Part shown: in pieces, positions 57,129 through 64,000 of the stretch | Numbering within the stretch: the first letter of the stretch is position 1 | Layout: every line of letters begins with the position of its first letter | Assembly: GCA_039189765.1 (NCBI GenBank) | Contig: JBCCYL010000005.1 | Coordinates: forward strand, 102,800 to 166,799 | Length of the DNA: 64,000 nt | From: Cyanobacteria bacterium P01_F01_bin.150 | GTDB taxonomy: Bacteria > Cyanobacteriota > Cyanobacteriia > CAKZMO01 | Reading direction: 5' to 3' | Translations under genes and position numbers: made by a program | Notes under the pieces: generated by a model | What the model saw: only the letters and a program-made list of their open reading frames with translations | The model's database searches: none | What the model was told of the DNA's origin: nothing

Positions 57129-57842
57129 CTAAATTTTCATGTAAAGAGCATTACAGTATTGTGTGATAGCTAGAGTATCTCTTTTATAGCCGAAATCATA
57201 AAATCCCACTATTCCATAGCCCTTATCATACAAGAATCGATTTACTGATTCAAAATTAGTTTGCAGCTCATTAGAACAATCGAAACTCACTTCAACAATA
57301 ATAAACTGAATATTTCGTTTTGAGATTATATTCGAAGCACCCTGTAAAACTTTAAGATCAAAACCTTCAGTATCAGTTTTAAGCAAGTCAACTTTCTCGA
57401 TATTATTTGAATTGCAAAAATAGTCAACTGTATTGATTTTTATTAATTGCTTTTGCTGATCGCTAAAATCTTGGTTTACAACTTCATTTCTAAGTGAATT
57501 AATACAATCTGATTTGGACAAAAATATTTCCTTTTCACCTGCCTGATCACTGAAAGCTAAGTTATGAATAAATACATTATTTATGTCTTTAGTATTTTCT
57601 TGCAGTTTATTGAAAGTTGCATCCACAGGCTCAAATGAATAAATTATGGATTCTGGAAAATATTTTTTGTAACCAATAGTACTTTGGCCTACATTAGCTC
57701 CAATATCAAATATGAGATTTATGGGCTGACTACCTTTTGATGATAAATAGCGCAAATCATTCAAAAGATGAAATCCCCTCTGTTTTCTCTGATCTAGAAG
57801 ATAGAAGGCAAAATTATTTAAATTTTGACGATATTGAATCAT
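57129..57842 (-). CDS. FkbM family methyltransferase
   Basis: IFDIGANVGQ, IYSFEP, VDLLKTDTEGFDLKVLQGA. Confidence 0.93.
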   Translation of the reverse strand: MIQYRQNLNNFAFYLLDQRKQRGFHLLNDLRYLSSKGSQPINLIFDIGANVGQSTIGYKKYFPESIIYSFEPVDATFNKLQENTKDINNVFIHNLAFSDQAGEKEIFLSKSDCINSLRNEVVNQDFSDQQKQLIKINTVDYFCNSNNIEKVDLLKTDTEGFDLKVLQGASNIISKRNIQFIIVEVSFDCSNELQTNFESVNRFLYDKGYGIVGFYDFGYKRDTLAITQYCNALYMKI

Positions 57843-57933
57843 TTTCTTGATTTATAGAGTGACAATTCTCCTGTTTAGATAGTTAACCCTGATATATTCC
57901 TCCTAGTTACTGAGCGTCGAGAGGCATAAGCCA

Positions 57934-58138
57934 ATCGCACTCATCGTTAAACGGAATTAGAAGCAATCGTAGATCTAGGTTGAACTCTCGGAAGCTATTG
58001 AGGAAAGCGATCGCCTAATCATATACAGGTTTGCAGAGAAATAACCTCCCATAGATAGTGAATCTGACATCTTTGCTTTTTCCTTCTAGGGCAATTTCTT
58101 CCCTATCCAACAAACGTTGAGCGTAACTGCTTTAAGCC
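57934..58138. repeat. ~205-bp diverged direct repeat, copy 2; contains a dead 5' fragment of the 54508-55482 gene
   Basis: See copy 1. The 5' gene fragment here has indels and a TGG>TAG change. Confidence 0.9.
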
Positions 58139-59071
58139 TGTAATGACTGTCTCTGCGTAATGAGGTCCTAGCCACTGAACTAATTGTGGATAGGGAACGG
58201 GTCCAACTACGCAGTGCTGTTTGTCAAGAGCTTTAGCCGTTTCAAAATACTGTTTTGATGCAGTAAGATGCCCTTCCCGCAAGATTCCTCGTCCAAACTG
58301 CCAATATCTTTGCGCGATTGCTTGTCGAATAGCAATGGGCAACGGTTGTCCTAACTTAGATTCAATCAGTGCCTGCTGTTTTTGAAGGACATTGTATTGG
58401 ACTAAGGCTCCTTTTTGGCTAAGGGAATGATTACTAATGCGACCGTCACTCTCATAGTTCCGATATTCATAGACGGCATCCGGATAGTAAATAAACTCGA
58501 CACCCGCTAGGGCCAGTCGCAAATGTAAGTCATGCTCCTGGCCGCGGGGCAGGGTGGGATCAAATCCCTGAATCTCCATAAGGTAGTCTTTCCTGTGTAA
58601 AGGACAGGAGGTCAGCGGACAAGCCGTTAAAATATGCGTAACTATATCTTCATCGTTTGCCCTGGGACGTAGAGAATAACCTGCAATTGGCTGACGATGC
58701 TGATCGACCCAAGTGGCTTCTCCATAGACAATGGCTTTGCGATCGCCTGCAATATCCTGGGCCTGTTGGACTTGAAGGGCTATACAGTCAGGTAGCAAAA
58801 TATCATCAGCATCTAAGAACTTGATGTATTGCCCTTTTGCTAGCTCTAGACCACGGTTGCGAGCGGTGGGTGCGCCTTGGTTAACTTGGGTGTGGTAACG
58901 GATGCGATCGCCAAAGGATTTGATGATATCAAGACTGCCATCGGTTGAACCATCGTCAATAACAATAACTTCGATATAGGGATAGATTTGAGATAGGGCA
59001 GAATGGATTGTACACGCAACAAATTTTTCGCTATTAAAGCAGGGAATAATAATTGATACTATCTCGCTCAT
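58103..59071 (-). CDS. Glycosyltransferase family 2
   Basis: VSIIIPCFN, EVIVIDDGSTD, NQGAPTARNRG, IKFLDADD. Confidence 0.95.
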   Translation of the reverse strand: MSEIVSIIIPCFNSEKFVACTIHSALSQIYPYIEVIVIDDGSTDGSLDIIKSFGDRIRYHTQVNQGAPTARNRGLELAKGQYIKFLDADDILLPDCIALQVQQAQDIAGDRKAIVYGEATWVDQHRQPIAGYSLRPRANDEDIVTHILTACPLTSCPLHRKDYLMEIQGFDPTLPRGQEHDLHLRLALAGVEFIYYPDAVYEYRNYESDGRISNHSLSQKGALVQYNVLQKQQALIESKLGQPLPIAIRQAIAQRYWQFGRGILREGHLTASKQYFETAKALDKQHCVVGPVPYPQLVQWLGPHYAETVITGLKQLRSTFVG

Positions 59072-59113
59072 TTTTTCAATAGAAAAATATAAGTTTATAG
59101 CTAGTTTAGATAG

Positions 59114-59163
59114 CTATTTTTGTATTATAGCTATGATTAATCATAGCTATAATACAAAAATAG
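59114..59163. repeat. Perfect spacerless 50-bp palindrome
   Basis: CTATTTTTGTATTATAGCTATGATT|AATCATAGCTATAATACAAAAATAG. Confidence 0.92.
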
Positions 59164-59195
59164 ATCTGCTGATAATGTAAATAAAATGATAATAT

Positions 59196-60077
59196 CTACT
59201 TTAATTTAACGAAGCTAAGGAATGAATATCTTCCATAGCGAGTCTTCGTTCCGATATCAGGAAAAACAATATAATCCTCTACTAGTTCACGAATATTTTC
59301 AAAGTCTTCATCCTGAAATATATATTTCTTTTTTCTGCCTCTAAAAGACCATTCTATGATGTCACCAGGTTCATATTCCTCACTTAAAATCATTTCTAAT
59401 GATGGGAGTGGAGGTGCAGAGAATGCATGTACTAAATGCGCTGGAACATTATCATCTAGGAGGATAAACTTAAATCCTCTATCAAATGCTTCTTTCAACC
59501 TTTTCACATGGCTAATATGGCAATCAAAGAAACATAGTCCAGTGTCTGTTCCTGCAACTTGAAGTTCGTATTCTGCCCAATCCTGTTCATGAAACACGAC
59601 CTTTTGTGTTGTGTTGACTAATTGACTCAATGAAATATCGAATCCATGTATCTTTGCTTTTGGACAGGCTTGTTCAAATAACCATGAAGTTTGGCCTTTC
59701 CAGACACCACTCTCAATAACCAATGATGGGGAGAGAAGCTTGCTAACTAAAAAAATCCAAAAAGCGTTATCAAAGCCAGATCCACCTATATTAGATTTAA
59801 AAAAATCTGGGCGGTTCTGGAAAATATTCAAGAAAGAAATTACTTCATCCCTAAAGTCATCTTTTGAAAAATCTTTAAAGCAATTTACATGCCTTAAAGC
59901 TTGAAATGACGAATTTGTTAATTCTCTAACAAAAAAGTTCCTTAGCTTTTCAGTTATGACAAAAGATGATTCATATTCATGAAAGTAAGGATTAAGATTA
60001 ACTGGTTCACGGGTTAATCTTAGTCCAAATTTCCCTAAAAAACCATTTGTCATATCTTTATAATTTATCATTTTCAT
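59196..60077 (-). CDS. Hypothetical protein, possible methyltransferase-like fold
   Basis: VIESGVWKGQTSW, GFDI, FFDCH, ILLDDN; AT-rich. Confidence 0.6.
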   Translation of the reverse strand: MKMINYKDMTNGFLGKFGLRLTREPVNLNPYFHEYESSFVITEKLRNFFVRELTNSSFQALRHVNCFKDFSKDDFRDEVISFLNIFQNRPDFFKSNIGGSGFDNAFWIFLVSKLLSPSLVIESGVWKGQTSWLFEQACPKAKIHGFDISLSQLVNTTQKVVFHEQDWAEYELQVAGTDTGLCFFDCHISHVKRLKEAFDRGFKFILLDDNVPAHLVHAFSAPPLPSLEMILSEEYEPGDIIEWSFRGRKKKYIFQDEDFENIRELVEDYIVFPDIGTKTRYGRYSFLSFVKLK

Positions 60078-60159
60078 AACCCTCGCAATGTTTACATAAT
60101 GGTAGAAAAATAAATACTATATATCTTGAAAAAAAAGATATATTTTCATTCGCGATTCT

Positions 60160-60954
60160 TTACTGTAATCCACGATTTAGTCTCTTTAAGCAGCGCCACA
60201 ATAAGTTTAATGGAGTGATACTGGGACCAAGAGTAATGATATCTTGGAGTACTGGACACCAAGATCTATTAACTACTTTCTGATTAAGTCTCATAGCTAT
60301 AGCAGGAAAGTCCTTGTGTCTGCCGTGTATAATTTTAACAAGAGCTCCGGGTAGCGAAAAGGCGAGGTTAGTGCGAGCATTATAATGCTGGTGCAGTGAA
60401 TGCATTTTAATATCGCTAGTTGCAAAGATCTTCATAAAGGCAGGTTGATCACCGCTGTAAATCTCAGTATTATTTTTATATTCGTCATGCCAATCATTCA
60501 AAAAATTTGAGACCCGCTCAGTTTTTCTAAAGGCTATAACCCCAGTATTGTAAGGCGTTAATGCTGAAATTAATTCATTATTTACTTGACAAGGGGAAAG
60601 ATCGGCAGGTGCCATAGCCATACAGATATCAAAATACTTGAGCAAGTCAAAAAGTTCTCCAATAGGATAAAGAACATATGTATCAGTATCCAAAAATATA
60701 GTCTGATGGTACGGGGTCAGTGCCAAGCTATGAGTTTTACCCGTCAACCCCAATTTCCAGTCGTCCTCAAGCTCACTCTCTAAAAGTAAGTGATGGTCAA
60801 AAACAGAGGAACGAACAGTTTCATTAGAAACAATCGTAATATGGGCACTTGGATCAACAGACTTAAGACTTTGAGCAGATTGAACTGCTTCAGCTATATA
60901 TTTATTTCCAAATGCAGCATAGAGATAACCGGAATCCGGAATATCTTTATTCAT
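60160..60954 (-). CDS. Nucleotide-diphospho-sugar transferase (GT8-like)
   Basis: EAVQSAQSLK, TPY.QTIFLDTDT (DxD), YNTGVIAF, GDQPAF, YNAR, KIIHGR. Confidence 0.8.
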   Translation of the reverse strand: MNKDIPDSGYLYAAFGNKYIAEAVQSAQSLKSVDPSAHITIVSNETVRSSVFDHHLLLESELEDDWKLGLTGKTHSLALTPYHQTIFLDTDTYVLYPIGELFDLLKYFDICMAMAPADLSPCQVNNELISALTPYNTGVIAFRKTERVSNFLNDWHDEYKNNTEIYSGDQPAFMKIFATSDIKMHSLHQHYNARTNLAFSLPGALVKIIHGRHKDFPAIAMRLNQKVVNRSWCPVLQDIITLGPSITPLNLLWRCLKRLNRGLQ

Positions 60955-60963
60955 TATTTTTAC

Positions 60964-61530
60964 CTAAATATATTTTATTTTTGCAGCAGTAATATTTGAT
61001 TTTGGGAAAGAAATATCAGGAATACTTTTATTTAGAAAAGGGCACAACTTATCCCATCCTTCTCCATCACAAATATTGAGAACTAGCAATCTACTACTTG
61101 TATCAAAATATTCAAGAACATTATTATCATGTCTACTGTAGGCTCCACTAAACTTCTCCTTATTAAAATTTAAGCATCCATAAAGACTATATTGAAGATG
61201 AACCCATTTAAATTGTTTATATATTAATGATAAGTTTAGTGGAGATATAGCATAGTGCTTTTCACAAGATTTTAACCAAGCTTCCTTATCCCTGACAGTA
61301 TATATAAATTTTGAATTAGGGTACTTTTTGTCGAGATATTTAAAGCAATTTGCTACCGGAGTATCGGAAAATGCATCATAATTATCAACATGCTCTGGAT
61401 TAAGAACAAGATTTCCTTTTCTATAAGACATGAATGGAAAATGTTTTGCCTTAAATCCAAGATGTTCTAATGCAGAATTTAGACTAGAAGTTCCTGTTTT
61501 AGAAAGACCAATACAAAAAATTTTGCTCAT
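60964..61530 (-). CDS. Sulfotransferase family protein
   Basis: IGLSKTGTSSL..AL..LG (PAPS-binding loop), D.P, YPNSKFIYTVRD...WLKS, GWDKLCPFL, FP.SN. Confidence 0.88.
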   Translation of the reverse strand: MSKIFCIGLSKTGTSSLNSALEHLGFKAKHFPFMSYRKGNLVLNPEHVDNYDAFSDTPVANCFKYLDKKYPNSKFIYTVRDKEAWLKSCEKHYAISPLNLSLIYKQFKWVHLQYSLYGCLNFNKEKFSGAYSRHDNNVLEYFDTSSRLLVLNICDGEGWDKLCPFLNKSIPDISFPKSNITAAKIKYI

Positions 61531-61671
61531 GATAGAAAATCATCCTATAATTGAAAGCTGAATAGAAGTCAAATTAATAAATTAATCATCTTAGCTAATT
61601 CTGTATAAATTAGAGTTTAATCTATACTTTATATATTTACTTAATAAAGGAGAAGAGAACAGCAAGAAATA

Positions 61672-62637
61672 TTAAAATATTTTATTAAATGAGAATAAAA
61701 ATATTTTAGCAATCTTCACGATTTTGCTTTTTATGAACAATAATAATAGAGGAATTTTTCTAACTAAAATGCATTTATTTATTGCAATAAACTCTATAAT
61801 TAATTCTTGAATTTTTGCAATAAACCAACTATTTGAAAATAAAATTCTCAATCGTAAGTCTTCTCTCAGGTACTCATAGCAGTTATCATCTGAGGCAAAA
61901 TGCATGATATGTGGATGTACTAACTTACCGTACTTCTCAAAAGAACAATGTCCCTTTAAAACGTCGATGTTTAGAGTCCCTCTCATTCCAGCAGGCGCAT
62001 ACATAATATCCAAGCTGTGATCATCCACTGCTCTTAGCCCTAATTTTGCCATTGCTAAGCTAATCAGAGGTTCTTCACCAGGAAACCCACCAAAGGAGGC
62101 TATTTTTAGCTCTTTATATTTTGGGATTAAACTCTTTGCTATCTGGAAAGTATCTTTTGACAATTTTCCTCTCTTAAAGTAATAAATGCCTCCATTAAAC
62201 CCAGGATATTCATCTGAACTAATCTCATTCTTAACTCGACTAATTTCTAGAAACCAGTTGGGCTGAGGTTTATTTATTCCAAATACTCCAAACTCGTAAT
62301 CTTTAAAGTATTCAAATACTGGATCAAGAGATTTCAGAGCCAGACAATCTGCATCAATAAATAAAGTTTCATCAAAAGGAGTCATGTCATATAGACTAAG
62401 CTTGGATATGAGTCCTGGAGTATCGGAAAAATCCCAACTAATGACTTGAGTGAAAGAAGGGTCAAAGGAATCATGAGATAAATTAGATACTACTGCGATT
62501 GGAATATCAGGATCTCTCAACCTTATAGACATCGCCAAATTGTTTGCCTGCCTGACGTACTTATTTTTGGTGTGAGCAATTGTTAAAATACCGCGTTCAG
62601 TTCTATTTTTAGTAATAGATTTATGTAAATTACTCAT
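61672..62637 (-). CDS. GT8-like sugar transferase
   Basis: A.NLAMSIR, TPFDETLFIDADC (DxD), FNGGIYYF, EEPLISLAM, IMHF. Confidence 0.75.
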   Translation of the reverse strand: MSNLHKSITKNRTERGILTIAHTKNKYVRQANNLAMSIRLRDPDIPIAVVSNLSHDSFDPSFTQVISWDFSDTPGLISKLSLYDMTPFDETLFIDADCLALKSLDPVFEYFKDYEFGVFGINKPQPNWFLEISRVKNEISSDEYPGFNGGIYYFKRGKLSKDTFQIAKSLIPKYKELKIASFGGFPGEEPLISLAMAKLGLRAVDDHSLDIMYAPAGMRGTLNIDVLKGHCSFEKYGKLVHPHIMHFASDDNCYEYLREDLRLRILFSNSWFIAKIQELIIEFIAINKCILVRKIPLLLLFIKSKIVKIAKIFLFSFNKIF

Positions 62638-62644
62638 AATTTAA

Positions 62645-64000
62645 GGTTCTTCAGGAGAAAGTATGCTTAATCAATATCTAGATGCCAGCATATTAGGCAT
62701 CTTAATCGGAAGTTTCCAAAGTTTCTGAAGCCATATCCTAATCGCTTGATCAACTTCAATCGATTATTAAGTCCTTCTACGGCTCCGCTGGTTGTCCTTG
62801 TTTCAAAATAAGCTGTTATTTCTGAAAACCAACGATTAAGAGTACCAATACTGTTCTTAAAAGTTTCCTTTGCTTCTTTCATCCAATCGATTAAAGCAAA
62901 CGCTCCCTCTGTCCAATCATCATGGTCATTAAAAATACCTCGGAAATCTTCTCTTTGCTGATGCATTTTGGCCAGTAATGGAAATTCATCTTTTACTTCT
63001 TTCAGCTTACTCTTCTGTTTATCTGTTAGGTTTTCTTCTGACTTAAGTAATGCATACTTGCTGCCTTTAAGAATATCTTTTAGTCGCTCTCTCTCCTTTT
63101 CATTCTTGATTTTTTTTAAGTTTTTCTTCTCTACAATTCTTGCATCGTTTAGCTCGTCATTAATAATCTTGGAAACATGAAACCTATCGGCCACAATCTC
63201 TGCATTTGGCATTCGCTTTTCTACTAAGCTCCGATAATTTCCCGATAGGTCAATGCTGACTTCTCTAATCTGGCTAAGAACCTCTTCATCCCAAATATCT
63301 AGCTCCTTATTAATCACTTCATGCGTCCGTCCCTCCACTAATCCAATCACTTCATTTTTATCTAAATCAACAAGGCTTACAACATAATCTTTATGTCCCT
63401 TTCTCAATGCAATTTCATCAATCCCTAATCGGGTCAGATTACTGAGGTCAAGATTCCATTTTTTTTTACTCATATAATCCAACATTGATTCAATAACATC
63501 CGCTGTCGTATGATTATGCTTAGCAACATTAACAATGTCTCCATGTATCAGTTCTTTGACAACTTTTTCTGCTAAGCGGTCCGTATATTGTCTACGCTCC
63601 CCGATGTAAGATAAAGATTCACTAAAAGGTTTCTTACAGGTTTTACATTTAAATTGACGACGGTTGTAACGAATAAAAACATCCTGTCCACTAATCGGTA
63701 AGTCTTGAGCAAGATGGTAGTGGTTTTGATGAATAATCCGGCTCATCTTTCCACAGCGAGGGCACGTTGCTTCTCTCGTTAAACTACAAATCTCTATAGA
63801 AATAAAATCATCATTATTTTTATATCCTGTAACTTCTACACCTTTTATATTTAGTAAATCTGTTAATAATGAAGTCATGTAAATCATTGCTCATATCGTC
63901 TGTTTCTAGGCTACGAGTGATTTTACTTGCTGTAAAGCCTAACAGAAGGGCAATACAGCTAATTTATGGCCAGATTGAGCATAGAAGGTCCCGAAGAACC
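62645..64000 (-). mobile_element. ISL3-family insertion sequence
   Basis: Terminal IRs GGTTCTTCAGGA..(TATGC) at 62645 and (GCATA)..TCCCGAAGAACC ending at 64000. Confidence 0.9.
62667..63887 (-). CDS. ISL3 transposase
   Basis: Zinc finger CPRCG...CKTC, LGIDEIA.RKGH, VSIDLS, VADRFHV, TSGAVEGLNNRLKLIKR.GYGFRNF. Confidence 0.95.
   Translation of the reverse strand: MIYMTSLLTDLLNIKGVEVTGYKNNDDFISIEICSLTREATCPRCGKMSRIIHQNHYHLAQDLPISGQDVFIRYNRRQFKCKTCKKPFSESLSYIGERRQYTDRLAEKVVKELIHGDIVNVAKHNHTTADVIESMLDYMSKKKWNLDLSNLTRLGIDEIALRKGHKDYVVSLVDLDKNEVIGLVEGRTHEVINKELDIWDEEVLSQIREVSIDLSGNYRSLVEKRMPNAEIVADRFHVSKIINDELNDARIVEKKNLKKIKNEKERERLKDILKGSKYALLKSEENLTDKQKSKLKEVKDEFPLLAKMHQQREDFRGIFNDHDDWTEGAFALIDWMKEAKETFKNSIGTLNRWFSEITAYFETRTTSGAVEGLNNRLKLIKRLGYGFRNFGNFRLRCLICWHLDID

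Overview
Cyanobacterial chromosomal DNA: the HIP1 octamer GCGATCGC is dense throughout, and hisG, cyanoexosortase B, XisI and Uma2 genes are present. (1) 1-20 kb is a contractile injection system (eCIS/tCIS-type) locus. It has a divergent DUF4255 cap + AAA-ATPase arm, then sheath, three tube paralogues, a tail chaperone, an embedded pseudokinase-TM-PstS-like protein, a 1149-aa Pro-rich protein, tube initiator, VgrG, an acidic-insert PAAR, Uma2, and a DUF4157-SH3-putative Cys-protease effector. No baseplate or fibre genes are in view. (2) 20-26 kb is an array of four direct, HIP1-bounded, REP-headed repeats separating small defence/toxin cargos (AIPR; xisI plus a deleted xisH; a nuclease fragment; a papain-fold toxin with a putative immunity gene). 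An IS4 element lacking a target duplication closes the array. (3) 28-46 kb holds mostly housekeeping genes with many small palindromic/MITE-like repeats, some translated in-frame. (4) 46-64 kb is a mosaic glycan-biosynthesis locus (GT2/GT4/GT8-like/GT47, Wzy-like, sulfotransferase, methyltransferases) ending in an ISL3 element. All family assignments come from motif recognition by eye, not database searches.
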